Shown here: positions 38,934 to 48,634 of the stretch, in pieces
Position numbering within the stretch: the stretch's first letter is position 1
Layout of the letters: every line of letters starts with the position of its first letter
Source: an uncultured Eubacteriales bacterium
GTDB lineage: Bacteria; Bacillota; Clostridia; Oscillospirales; QAMX01
Assembly: GCA_959600635.1 (NCBI GenBank)
Contig: CAUGMN010000002.1
Span: forward strand, 3,030-67,029
Reading direction: 5' to 3'
DNA length: 64,000 nucleotides
Translations under genes and position numbers: made by a program
The notes under the pieces: model-generated
Told to the model about the DNA's origin: nothing
Database searches by the model: none
Seen by the model: only the letters and a program-made list of their open reading frames with translations

Positions 38934-40247
38934 TTACGGGGCGGAGGGGTTCAGCACCTCCGACAGCGACTCGGCGAACAGGCTGCCGGCTAAGATCGCT
39001 TCCCCGAGCGAATTGCCGTTGGCGCCGACCTCGACGATCATCGCGCCTTTTGCGGAGAATTGGTTATAGCTCGACCGCGTCAGCTTGATGGGGCGGGCGA
39101 GCGTCGGATAACGCTCGGCCATCTGTTCCTGAACGCGCAGCGCCAGCTTGAAATTCTCCTGCCAATGCGGATGGTCGCCGGCGGCGGCGTCCGTGCCGAT
39201 GACGAGCATGACCTGCGCGGATGTCTGTCCGTCCACATCGGCGACGAGCTTGTATTTCTGCGAGTCAGGCTGGTTCAGCGCGTCGCGGTGGACGTCAATG
39301 ACGACTTCGATGGACGGATACTGCTCAATATACGCCTGTACCGAGGCGAGAGAGCGCTTATAGGCCCCCGTATAGGAGGGAGAATCGTACAGAGCCGTAT
39401 CGTGGATGACGCCGATACCGTGAGCGCGGAGAACGTCGGCGATCTCTTCTCCTACGCGCACGACGTTATAGTCGGGATCTTCACAGCGGTCGGAGGCGTC
39501 CGTTTCGTATGTATCGAGCGGGCCGGGCGTGTACGCTTCGCAGGTATGCGTGTGATAAATCAAAACCTGCGGGCGCGCTGACGGCGCGGACAACGCCAGC
39601 GGTTCGGCAAGCAGCGACGCAAGGTCAAGCGTTTTGCCGCTGCCGTTTAAGACATATACATTGCGCCATGTGTCATAGCCGTATGGGCTTGCCGGGGCGA
39701 TCGTCAATTCACGGACGCTGTCGGCCGGAGACGGGTCAAAAATCCGCGAGAGCAGTCCGCCGGACAGACGGCTGTTGGAGGGAAAATCCAGACCCATATC
39801 GAGCTGCGACGGTTCGAGCGCGCCGCCGTCCGGGGGGAGCGTTTCAGTCGGACCGGTATCGGCGGGAGGCGCGACCGCCGTCGCGTCGCCGTCAGGCAGC
39901 AGAGAGAGCAGGCTGTCGGCAAAGGCGAGAACCGGCAGATCAGAAATCTGAAACGACGACGGAAATCCGGCGATCTCGCCTTGCAGAATCAGCCCCGACA
40001 CCGCCGAGGCTGTGTCGGCTGACGGCGGCGCGCCGCTGCCGGCGGGGGCGGCGACAAGCAGCATGGCGGAGAGGCAAAACGCCGCCCCGCGGCGCAGCAC
40101 GGCAAACGCAGACCTTTTGGCACGGGGCTTGTCCCGGTGAAGCGATACGCTTCCGGTGCGCGCGGTAGCCTCTTCTTTCGGAGACGCTGTCTCGCGGGGG
40201 CGTACGCATAAAAGTTCGAGCTGTTCCGTTGCAACATAATCTTCCAT
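38934..40247 (-). CDS. spoIIP: Stage II sporulation protein P
   Basis: The SpoIIP amidase-like core carries the YHTHTCEAY and VIDVHRDA motifs, and there is an N-terminal TM helix. Start is ATG 40247 after AAGGAG. The track ORF extension to 40442 overlaps gpr. Confidence 0.85.
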   Translation of the reverse strand: MEDYVATEQLELLCVRPRETASPKEEATARTGSVSLHRDKPRAKRSAFAVLRRGAAFCLSAMLLVAAPAGSGAPPSADTASAVSGLILQGEIAGFPSSFQISDLPVLAFADSLLSLLPDGDATAVAPPADTGPTETLPPDGGALEPSQLDMGLDFPSNSRLSGGLLSRIFDPSPADSVRELTIAPASPYGYDTWRNVYVLNGSGKTLDLASLLAEPLALSAPSARPQVLIYHTHTCEAYTPGPLDTYETDASDRCEDPDYNVVRVGEEIADVLRAHGIGVIHDTALYDSPSYTGAYKRSLASVQAYIEQYPSIEVVIDVHRDALNQPDSQKYKLVADVDGQTSAQVMLVIGTDAAAGDHPHWQENFKLALRVQEQMAERYPTLARPIKLTRSSYNQFSAKGAMIVEVGANGNSLGEAILAGSLFAESLSEVLNPSAP

Positions 40248-40357
40248 ATGCTGATACTCCTTTTGTATCGAAGTTCCGGTATTAGCATATGAGACGGAGC
40301 GCAAAACTATGACCGTCTGCGCCGGGGGCTTTCCGGTATCCGGCCAGAGCGGAGGCG

Positions 40358-41266
40358 CTACGAGAGGAACATCTCGATATCCTCCATCGAAAGCTCCGGC
40401 TGAACAGCGGAGTTGACGGCGTAGCCGATCACCTTGGCGCATTCTGAGACGAGCTGATCGATCTCTTTGCTCGTCACAAAAGTCTGCCCGTGCTTTTCAT
40501 ACAGCGCTTTGGCGTCGTATGCGGCGTTGAGCTCGTCTAAGATGTCTGCCGCAAGCGTCGCAGCGTCGACGACCGTCGGCACGCCGATGGCGATACACGG
40601 TACGCCGACAGTCTTGCGGTTGATCTCGAAACGCCTGTTGCCGACGCCGGAACCCGGCGCGATACCGGCGTTGGAGAGCTGTACCGTCCGGCAGAGCCGC
40701 TCGGTCCGGCGCGCCGACAGCGCGTCGATGGCGATGAGAGCGCACGGCGGTACTTTTTCCGCCACGCCGCAGACGATCTCGCCGCTTTCAATCCCGGTCA
40801 TGCCGAGCACGCCGGGGGAAAGGGCCGTAACGGGGCGCAGCATTGAGAAGCTGTCCGGCATCTGATTGAGAAGGTGGCGCGTGGCGATAATCTTTTCAGC
40901 GGCGTAGGGGCCGAGAGCGTCCGGCGTGACGGCGCGGTTGCCGAGGCCGACGACCATAACGGGTTCGCCGTCGGCGGGCGGCAGCAGCGCTTTCAGCTCC
41001 GCGGCGATTACCTCGACGGCCTTGGGAAAGGCGTTGTCCTCATGCCGGAGCAGCGCGTCGATATCGACGGTGACATACTTTCCGACCGGTTTTGAGAGCT
41101 TTTCCGCGCCCTGTTCATTGAGGATTTCCACCGTATACACGGTCATGCCGTTAACCTGCTTTTCTTCCGAACGGATACCGTCCGGATCGCCGGAAACTCG
41201 CTCGGCTTCGTTATAGAGCTCGACGGCTTCGCGCGCGAGATCAGTTCGTTTGCCGTTTTGATTCAT
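40358..41266 (-). CDS. gpr: GPR endopeptidase (spore germination protease)
   Basis: MNQNGKRTDLAREAVE...VVGLGNRAVTPDALGP is typical of Gpr. Start is ATG 41266 after AGGAGA. The upstream 119 codons of the track ORF are rejected. Confidence 0.85.
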   Translation of the reverse strand: MNQNGKRTDLAREAVELYNEAERVSGDPDGIRSEEKQVNGMTVYTVEILNEQGAEKLSKPVGKYVTVDIDALLRHEDNAFPKAVEVIAAELKALLPPADGEPVMVVGLGNRAVTPDALGPYAAEKIIATRHLLNQMPDSFSMLRPVTALSPGVLGMTGIESGEIVCGVAEKVPPCALIAIDALSARRTERLCRTVQLSNAGIAPGSGVGNRRFEINRKTVGVPCIAIGVPTVVDAATLAADILDELNAAYDAKALYEKHGQTFVTSKEIDQLVSECAKVIGYAVNSAVQPELSMEDIEMFLS

Positions 41267-41401
41267 GGAAAATCTCCTGTCCGTCTTTGATATGGGTGTA
41301 GTATTTGCCCATATAGGATGTATATACCGGATTTGGACGGGAAATATATAATCCAGAGACATGCGGAAAGCTCTGAAACGGGCAAAAAATGAAAGATCGA
41401 T

Positions 41402-42907
41402 ATGGTGGCGGACGTGAACGAAAAAGAATATGTCGAGAAGCTCAGCGGCGATGTGGAAATCGATGCGGATATCATCGAAGCCATTTTTTCCAACGACAAA
41501 ACATTTATCAAGCGAGAGCTGAAACAGGCCGGCAGCGACAAGGTGTGCTGCGTGCTTTTCCATCTGGACGGCATGACCAACGGCCTGTTGGTTTCCGAGA
41601 GCATTCTCAGGCCGCTGGAACAATATCTGGCGAACCCGGAGAGCAATCCGACGGCGGACAATCTCGCGGCGACGGTGATTTCCAACGGCGAGGTCAAAAA
41701 GACAGCGGATCTCAACGATCTCGTCACGTCGATGATGAACGGCGACTGCATCCTGCTGGCGGAAGGCGGCGCGCTGATTATCGGCGCCAAAGGCTGGATG
41801 AAGCGCACGACGCAGGAGCCGGAGAACGAAAAGGTTATCCGCGGACCAAGAGAGAGCTTTATCGAATCGTCGTTAATCAATATCAGCCTGCTGCGAAAAA
41901 AATTACAGACGACGGAGTTACAGGTCGAACAGGTGACGTTCGGCGATCTGACCAATACGAGAACCTATATCTGCTATTTGAAGAACCGCGTCAGCAAAAA
42001 AATTCTGACGGAGTTGAAGCGCAGACTGGGGCAAATTCAGATGGACGGGGTCATTGATTCCAACTATATTCTCGAACAGATCCGCGACGGCCCCTATTCG
42101 CCTTTCAAAACCGTCGGCGTGACCGAACGGCCGGATATCGCGGCGGCGAAGCTGATCGAAGGGCGGATTGCCGTGATCGTGGACGGGACGCCGTGCGTAC
42201 TGACGCTGCCGTACCTGTTTATCGAAAATTTTCAATCCAATGACGATTACTATACCAACTATATTTACGCGACGATCAACCGATACCTGCGCATGATCGG
42301 CTTTTTCCTGACCGTTTCCGTTCCGGCGATCTATGTGGCGATTCTCACCTACCATCAGGAGGTGCTGCCGCCGGCGCTGCTGCTGAGTATCTCGGCGAGC
42401 CGGCAGGGCGTGCCGTTTCCGACGATTGTGGAGATGGTGATTCTGCTGCTGGCCTTTGAGATTCTGCGGGAGGCGAGCATCCGCATGCCCAATAACGTCG
42501 GACAGGCGCTGTCCATCGTCGGTGCGCTCGTGCTTGGGCAGGCCGCCGTAGAGGCAAAACTGATTTCAGCGCCGATGGTCATTATCATCGCTCTGACCGG
42601 GACGACCTCGATGCTGATTCCGACGATGGGCGGCGCGGAGATCATTACACGAATCGGCCTTCTCGCGCTGACCGCTACTCTCGGCATGGTCGGCTTTACG
42701 CTCGGTTATCTGGTCCTGTTTTTCCACCTTGCTTCTCTGCAAACGTTCGGCGTACCGTATCTCTCGCTCGCCGACAACCGGAAAGGCAGCCAGAAGCATG
42801 ACTCCTTTGTCCGGGCGAGATGGGGCAGGCTCCGATACCGAAAACTGTTTTCAACGCCTGAGGAAAAACTCGAAATGGGGCTTGGAGGGGAGAATCAAGA
42901 GCCGTGA
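41402..42907 (+). CDS. Spore germination protein, GerA/GerKA family (A subunit)
   Basis: 501 aa with the GerA-family layout: a soluble N-terminal domain followed by C-terminal TM helices. The RBS is weak, so the start is uncertain. Confidence 0.8.
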   Translation: MVADVNEKEYVEKLSGDVEIDADIIEAIFSNDKTFIKRELKQAGSDKVCCVLFHLDGMTNGLLVSESILRPLEQYLANPESNPTADNLAATVISNGEVKKTADLNDLVTSMMNGDCILLAEGGALIIGAKGWMKRTTQEPENEKVIRGPRESFIESSLINISLLRKKLQTTELQVEQVTFGDLTNTRTYICYLKNRVSKKILTELKRRLGQIQMDGVIDSNYILEQIRDGPYSPFKTVGVTERPDIAAAKLIEGRIAVIVDGTPCVLTLPYLFIENFQSNDDYYTNYIYATINRYLRMIGFFLTVSVPAIYVAILTYHQEVLPPALLLSISASRQGVPFPTIVEMVILLLAFEILREASIRMPNNVGQALSIVGALVLGQAAVEAKLISAPMVIIIALTGTTSMLIPTMGGAEIITRIGLLALTATLGMVGFTLGYLVLFFHLASLQTFGVPYLSLADNRKGSQKHDSFVRARWGRLRYRKLFSTPEEKLEMGLGGENQEP

Positions 42908-44043
42908 AGAAAAAACTGCTGGCCGCGCTGCTCCTCGGCCTCTCGCTGCTGCTCGGCGCATGCAGCAACTATGTCGAAATAGAAGAGCTGATGATCGTCG
43001 CCGGCGCGGCCATCGACTATGACGAGGCGAGCGGCGAATACAATGTGACGGCGGAGATCCTTGACCTCCAAAACAGCAGTGGGCAAGAATCTTCATATGA
43101 ACCGACTTATATCGAATCCTCCGGAGCCAGCCTTGTCGAAGCCATTACCCATATGAGACGGATTGCCGGGCGACAGCTTTATTGGGGACATGCGAGCGTG
43201 TTTATTTTGAGTCAGAGCGTTGTCAGTCATTCAATCGAGCCGGTTCTCGACTGGTTTATGCGCGACGTCAATGCGCGGCTCTCGTCAATGGTGGTGATCT
43301 CCGGCACGGAAAAGGCCAGTGATATTTACAAACTGAAATCGCCGGTCAAAAAGAGCATATCGATTTCGCTGGAACAGATTTTGGAGAATTATCAGAAAAA
43401 AGGCCAGACGACCGTCAACGTCAACGAGCTGGTCAATTTATATAGCATGACGGGAACCGCTACCTGCATACCGATTGTGAACAGCGAGATGAATGCGGAA
43501 GAGGAAATCATCGTGATTCACTCCTATGCCGTCTTGAAGAAGGATATTCTGTCGGGGATTTTCGAGCACGAGGACGTCACTTATTTGATGCTGCTGTTGA
43601 AAAATCCGATGGAAAGCATCATCTCCGTCAAACTCCCGGAATTTGAGACTGAAATCAAAATGCAGACGCTGGAACACACGGTACAGCTGGACGTATCCTG
43701 TCAGGACGGAGTCGTTTTTACAGACGTCAATCTGAGTATAAGCATGTCGGTGGTCGGCGGCAGCGGAGATGACGAAAAGGTACGGGATATGGACGGCACG
43801 AAGATTCTCGTCGACGCAACCGAAGAGATGGTGAGCAGCGCGTGCGGACAGATCCTCGACAAAGATATTCAGCAGTACGGCGCGGATATTTTGGGCGTCG
43901 GACAGCATATCAAACGGAACGACCCGAAAATATGGCGTAAAATCGAAAAGAACTGGGATCAGATGTACAAAGAAATGCAGTATGAGATCAACGTGGAAGT
44001 GGTTATTGAAAAATCCGGCGAAATGTCGCCCATCAACGATTAG
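42904..44043 (+). CDS. Ger(x)C family germination lipoprotein (C subunit)
   Basis: GTGA overlap with the gerA-like stop. Lipobox LLLGAC followed by SNYVEIEELMIVAGAAIDYD, typical of GerC. Confidence 0.8.
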   Translation: MKKKLLAALLLGLSLLLGACSNYVEIEELMIVAGAAIDYDEASGEYNVTAEILDLQNSSGQESSYEPTYIESSGASLVEAITHMRRIAGRQLYWGHASVFILSQSVVSHSIEPVLDWFMRDVNARLSSMVVISGTEKASDIYKLKSPVKKSISISLEQILENYQKKGQTTVNVNELVNLYSMTGTATCIPIVNSEMNAEEEIIVIHSYAVLKKDILSGIFEHEDVTYLMLLLKNPMESIISVKLPEFETEIKMQTLEHTVQLDVSCQDGVVFTDVNLSISMSVVGGSGDDEKVRDMDGTKILVDATEEMVSSACGQILDKDIQQYGADILGVGQHIKRNDPKIWRKIEKNWDQMYKEMQYEINVEVVIEKSGEMSPIND

Positions 44044-44057
44044 GCGGGTAAATTGGA

Positions 44058-44258
44058 ATGATGTTTGTCATTATTGCCTATCCGTTATGCTTTCTTTTTC
44101 TGGATATGATCAGCGCGAAAAAGAAATTGACGGTTGTGGAGTATGTCGTATACGGCCTTTTGATGGCGGCGGCGTTTCTGCTCTGCTTAGCGTCCGTCCA
44201 GAATTGGATGCTGCCGAATCCGATTGACGGGCTGACGCGGCTGTTTCATCAAAATTGA
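44058..44258 (+). CDS. Possible small two-TM protein inside the germinant-receptor operon
   Basis: 66-aa ORF with two hydrophobic segments, located between the C and B subunit genes. The RBS is weak. Confidence 0.3.
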   Translation: MMFVIIAYPLCFLFLDMISAKKKLTVVEYVVYGLLMAAAFLLCLASVQNWMLPNPIDGLTRLFHQN

Positions 44259-44346
44259 CGGTCTGCCGGCACACGCTTTCGGCAGAAAAAGAAAGGGCGC
44301 ATGCCGCGCTCTCATGCGCGGCATGCGGGAGATACGGTATTCGAGT

Positions 44347-45489
44347 ATGGAAAAAATGAGCGGTAAACAGATCCGAGCCATGGCGTTTTTAATGACGATG
44401 GGCGGAAGATTCGTCATCGGCGGAACAAAAGAAGCCGGAGCGGAGAGCTATCTCGCGGCGGCGCTCGCGATTATTCTCGTGATACCGGCATATGCGCTGT
44501 ATGAATATTTGCTGCACAAAGCCGGAGCAGACGGGATTTTCGCCCTATGCAAGCAGTGCCTCGGCAAAGTGGCCGGAAAAATCGCCATCGCCCTGTTCGG
44601 GCTTTATGCGCTGTGGATCGGCATGGCATTGGTCGGAAATTTCCTAAACTTTATCTATACGGTATTTTTGACGGATACGGCTCCGATTGTCGTAGGCTGC
44701 GCATGCGCGGTCACCATAGCCATCGCGGTGAAATGCGGCAGGATGGCTATGGCGCGCGTATCGAGGCTATTGATGTTTTCCGTCTTCGGGATTCTGTTTG
44801 TGACCATGCTGCTCTCGTTGATTTCCACCGATTTTAATAATTTCCCCAGCCCCTTGCTGTACGACGGCTTTCGGCCGATCGCGGAAGGCGCTCTCTCCGT
44901 GTTCGCCATGCCGTTTGGCGACATCATTATACTGCTGCCCCTCCTCTCCGGCGGCAGGGCCGAAGGGAAGGGCAGCAAAGAGCTCCTGAAAGGTGCGGGG
45001 ATGACTTGGGTCATTCTGGTGGTGATCTTTCTTCGCAACGTGCTGGCGCTTGGCCCGGAGACATACGAATTGTTGTTTTTCAAATCGTTTGTCGCCGTTC
45101 GCATCATCAGTGTCGGAGCGTTTTTTCAGCGCATCGAAACGCTCGTCTCAGTGATCTATATTTTATGCGACGTTTTCAAGCTCGTCGTATGCGCACAGTG
45201 CTTTACAAAATGCATTGCCGAGCTTTTCGACAAACAGGAGGACACGGTTTTCGCCGCGCCGACGGCTTTTTTGATTTTGGGCATGGCATCGGCGTTTGTC
45301 ATCAATGAACGGTATGTCGTCCAGTTCATACAGGCGAACAAGTATCTGTCGCTGGCGTTTATCGTGTTGCTGCCGGCCGTCATCGCAATCGCTTATCGGA
45401 TCAGGGAAGCCTCTAACAATCGCAGACGGAGGACAGGCAGTATTTCCAGCTCCGCTCCGGCTCGCGGAGGAGGTAGCGTCCGTCCGTAA
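44347..45489 (+). CDS. Spore germination protein, GerAB/APC-transporter-like (B subunit)
   Basis: MEKMSGKQIRAMAFLMTMGG is followed by about 10 TM helices. Start is at 44347 or 44356. Its 3' end overlaps the convergent gene by 77 nt. Confidence 0.75.
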   Translation: MEKMSGKQIRAMAFLMTMGGRFVIGGTKEAGAESYLAAALAIILVIPAYALYEYLLHKAGADGIFALCKQCLGKVAGKIAIALFGLYALWIGMALVGNFLNFIYTVFLTDTAPIVVGCACAVTIAIAVKCGRMAMARVSRLLMFSVFGILFVTMLLSLISTDFNNFPSPLLYDGFRPIAEGALSVFAMPFGDIIILLPLLSGGRAEGKGSKELLKGAGMTWVILVVIFLRNVLALGPETYELLFFKSFVAVRIISVGAFFQRIETLVSVIYILCDVFKLVVCAQCFTKCIAELFDKQEDTVFAAPTAFLILGMASAFVINERYVVQFIQANKYLSLAFIVLLPAVIAIAYRIREASNNRRRRTGSISSSAPARGGGSVRP

Positions 45490-46639
45490 AGTCGGGGAAG
45501 GGCTGCGGCGAGCTGCCGGTGGCGACGGACTGCTCGCTGAGCGGCGTGATCGCCGCGTAGGTGGCGAAGTCGTAGACGTCGATGGGCGTGTCGCTGCCCG
45601 CCTGAATGCTTTCGACATAGGCGCGCAGGACGAGATAATCCATGCCGCCGTGACCGCCCTTGACGCCGGAATTCAGGAACCATTTCCAGATCGGATGCTC
45701 GTATTTTTCGAGGTACGGCTGAAAATCCGCCCAGTGATGCGCTTCGCCTTCGCCGTCGAAATAGATGCTGTTGTTTTCCTCCATCCAAAGTCCCTTTGTG
45801 CCCTGCACATAGCCGCCGCGGGAATAGGGGCGCGGCAGCGTCGTATCGTGCGTGATGACGAGCGTTTCGCCGTGCGCGCATTGGATCATCGTCGTGACGA
45901 TGTCGCCCTGTGCGAAATGATACCCTTGGAGCTCGTTGTCGGCGGGGAGGTTTTTGGCAACCCACTCGTTGAGGCCGCGCGCTTTGGAGGACATGGAGAC
46001 CAGATTGACAAAGCGGTTGCCGCGGTTGACGTTGAGGATCTTGCCCATCGGCACAGCGCCGTGCGTCGGATAGACGTCGCCGTTGCGGTGCATATAATTG
46101 TCGAGGCGGTAATGGCGGTTGATATGCCCCATAGCGACCTCTTCGCGCAGATCGTGCTCATAGCCGCAGCGGCAGTGGATCATTTCACCGAAGAGCCCCT
46201 GCTTGACCATATTCAGCAGCGCCAATTCGTTTCTGCCGTAGCAGCAGTTTTCCAGCAGCATACAGGGCTTTTTCGTGCGCTGGCTGGTCCGCACCAGCTC
46301 CCAGCATTCGTCGACCGAACAGGCACCGCCGACTTCGCTGGCCACATATTTGCCGGCGTTCATCGCGTCGATGGCGATGCGGAGGTGCGTCTGCCACGAG
46401 GAAGTGATCAGAACGCCGTCTACCTCAGGCCGGTCGAGCACCTGTAAATAATCTTCGGAAGCAAACGGCGCTGAACCATAGGCCTCCTCCACGGCTTTGA
46501 CGGAGCGGGCGAGCCGGTCGGGATAAAGGTCACAGAGCGCGACGACGCGCACGTCGTCCATTTCGAGCAGGTTCGTCATCATCCCGTGGCCTCTGCCGCC
46601 GAGACCGATCACGGCGATGTTTACATAATGGTTTTTCAT
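45413..46639 (-). CDS. Gfo/Idh/MocA family NAD-dependent oxidoreductase (GH109-like)
   Basis: Rossmann N-terminus IAVIGLGGRGHG. Start is ATG 46639 after GGAGGT. The resemblance to the GH109 / glycosidase-like oxidoreductase group is from memory. Confidence 0.75.
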   Translation of the reverse strand: MKNHYVNIAVIGLGGRGHGMMTNLLEMDDVRVVALCDLYPDRLARSVKAVEEAYGSAPFASEDYLQVLDRPEVDGVLITSSWQTHLRIAIDAMNAGKYVASEVGGACSVDECWELVRTSQRTKKPCMLLENCCYGRNELALLNMVKQGLFGEMIHCRCGYEHDLREEVAMGHINRHYRLDNYMHRNGDVYPTHGAVPMGKILNVNRGNRFVNLVSMSSKARGLNEWVAKNLPADNELQGYHFAQGDIVTTMIQCAHGETLVITHDTTLPRPYSRGGYVQGTKGLWMEENNSIYFDGEGEAHHWADFQPYLEKYEHPIWKWFLNSGVKGGHGGMDYLVLRAYVESIQAGSDTPIDVYDFATYAAITPLSEQSVATGSSPQPFPDFTDGRYLLREPERSWKYCLSSVCDC

Positions 46640-46798
46640 TTCCGATACCTCCGAATGTTTGTCATGATTTGCAGAATCCGTTGATAAAATTATATAACAG
46701 GCGTGTGGAAAAAGCAACCGCGTTTTTTTATGGAACCTGGAAACATTTCATGCCCGGCCCGGAGCGGAGGAAAATTTTGATCAGTCGGGAATACCGCC

Positions 46799-46827
46799 TT
46801 GATTTGAGAGCGCCGAGGATGTATAAT
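46799..46827 (+). promoter_or_regulatory. Sigma-70-type promoter upstream of murD
   Basis: TTGATT, a 17-nt spacer, then TATAAT, about 120 nt upstream of the murD TTG start. Confidence 0.6.
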
Positions 46828-46843
46828 GAAACCCAACGGCGGA

Positions 46844-46905
46844 TATGCGCCGGAGCGCCATGCCGTTTCCGCGGACGGAGACGCGGATACAGCGCATACT
46901 TTTTT
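46844..46905 (+). promoter_or_regulatory. Structured leader ending in an intrinsic-terminator-like hairpin plus T6
   Basis: tatgcgc (46844-46850) pairs with gcgcata (46892-46898) and encloses an inner tccgcg/cgcgga hairpin. It is followed by c-tttttt (46900-46905), 45 nt before murD. Confidence 0.45.
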
Positions 46906-46949
46906 AGGATACCAGACAGATTATGGATAATGGATAGGAGGACGATTCC

Positions 46950-48332
46950 TTGCTCAATATCGGAGCGTATCTCGATGGCCTGAAAGGCCGCCGGATCGGC
47001 ATTCTCGGTTTTGGCGTCAGCAACGCGCCGGTCGCGGAGCTGGTTTGGGAGGCGGGCGCGCACGTCACGGTGTACGACCAAAAGAGCGCGGCTGAACTCG
47101 GTCCGGCGGCGGAAAAACTCGCCGCGCGCGGCGTTGCGTTTCGCAGCGGCGACGGCTATGCGGACAAACTCGACGACGAAATCGTGTTCCGCTCGCCCGG
47201 TTTTTTGCCGACGCACCCGTGCCTGCGGCGCGCGGCGGCGGCAGGCGCGCAGATCACCTCGGAGATGGCGCTGTTTTTTGACTGCTGTCCGTGTACGATT
47301 GTCGGCGTGACCGGCAGCGACGGAAAATCGACGACCTCGACCGTGACCGCGAAGCTTTTGGAGCAGAGCGGAAAACGGGTATACCTCGGCGGCAATATCG
47401 GTACGCCGCTGATCGGAAAGCTGACGCAGATGACGGCGGAGGATTTCGCCGTGGTTGAGCTTTCGTCGTTTCAACTGATGGATATGCGGCGCTCTCCGCA
47501 TATTGCCGTCGTCACCAACGTGACGCCCAACCACCTCGACAAACACACGGACATGGCCGAATATATCGAGGCGAAGCGGGCGATTTTCCGCTACCAGCAG
47601 GCAGGCGATCTTCTGGTCGCCAATTTCGACAACGACGTGACGCGGGCGTTTTTGGATGAGGCGCCGGCGCGGACGCGGCCGTTTTCTCGGCGGAATCGCT
47701 GCGGCGAGGGCGTCGTCTGCGAAAACGGCCGGATCTGGCTGAGGAGCGGGGGAGCGGAGGAACCGCTGCTTGCGGCAAAACAAATCCGGATTCCGGGCAA
47801 CCACAACGTCGAGAATTATATGGCGGCTGTCGGAGCGGCGTACGAATATGTGACCCAAACGGATATCGCCGCGGTAGCGGAGACGTTTGGAGGCGTGGCG
47901 CACAGGCTCGAACTGGTGCGGACGCTGGACGGCGTGCGGTATTTCAACAGCTCAATCGATTCGTCGCCGACGCGGACGATGGCGGCGCTCAGCGTATTTG
48001 ACGGCGGGCTGACGGTGATCCTCGGCGGCAGCGACAAGGGGATCTCCTTTGAGGCGCTCGGCGAGGCGCTCTGCGAAAAAGCAAAGCGCGTGATTTTGAC
48101 GGGGGCGACAGCGGGGGCGATCGAAGCGGCTGTGCGCGGCGCGAAAGCTTACCGGGCGGATGCGCCGGAAATCTGCCGGGTACAGTCGCTGCCGGAAGCC
48201 GTGCGGCTGGCGCGCACAAAAACGTGTTCGGGAGAGGTTGTTCTGCTTTCTCCGGCCTGCGCATCGTTCGATGCGTTTAAAAACTTTGAGGAGCGGGGCG
48301 AAACCTTTCGCCAAGCGGTGAACGCGTTGTAG
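46950..48332 (+). CDS. murD: UDP-N-acetylmuramoylalanine--D-glutamate ligase
   Basis: TTG start after AGGAGG. The GILGFGVSN Rossmann segment, the GVTGSDGKSTTS P-loop and the Mur ligase C-terminal domain are present. Confidence 0.9.
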   Translation: MLNIGAYLDGLKGRRIGILGFGVSNAPVAELVWEAGAHVTVYDQKSAAELGPAAEKLAARGVAFRSGDGYADKLDDEIVFRSPGFLPTHPCLRRAAAAGAQITSEMALFFDCCPCTIVGVTGSDGKSTTSTVTAKLLEQSGKRVYLGGNIGTPLIGKLTQMTAEDFAVVELSSFQLMDMRRSPHIAVVTNVTPNHLDKHTDMAEYIEAKRAIFRYQQAGDLLVANFDNDVTRAFLDEAPARTRPFSRRNRCGEGVVCENGRIWLRSGGAEEPLLAAKQIRIPGNHNVENYMAAVGAAYEYVTQTDIAAVAETFGGVAHRLELVRTLDGVRYFNSSIDSSPTRTMAALSVFDGGLTVILGGSDKGISFEALGEALCEKAKRVILTGATAGAIEAAVRGAKAYRADAPEICRVQSLPEAVRLARTKTCSGEVVLLSPACASFDAFKNFEERGETFRQAVNAL

Positions 48333-48634
48333 ACAAACCGTGAAAAGCAAAGCATTTTGAAAGAGCGCCGTCCGCTGCGGACGGCAGGAACCTGATTTCT
48401 AAGGCCTTGGATTGGAGACAAGCTGCGGCCGGCGGCTGTGAAACGCTGACGGATCGGAAGGGCGCGGGGCGCTTTTGAGAGATTTGTTTGACGGATGCCG
48501 AAAAAGCGTCTGATTTTCGCCGCACCGCGCTGGGGGAACCGGTGATTCGATACCTGCACGGGCAAACGGTATCGGACGCGGCGCTTTCCGACCGGACTCG
48601 GTTGACGGCCAGCCAACATAAGGGGAAAGATAGG

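Noticed and set aside
38934-41623. Long N-terminal extensions of the spoIIP (to 40442) and gpr (to 41623) track ORFs
   Set aside because: The extensions overlap the neighbouring gene or promoter region and lack RBSs. Internal ATGs at 40247 and 41266 have AAGGAG and AGGAGA sites and give family-typical N-termini.
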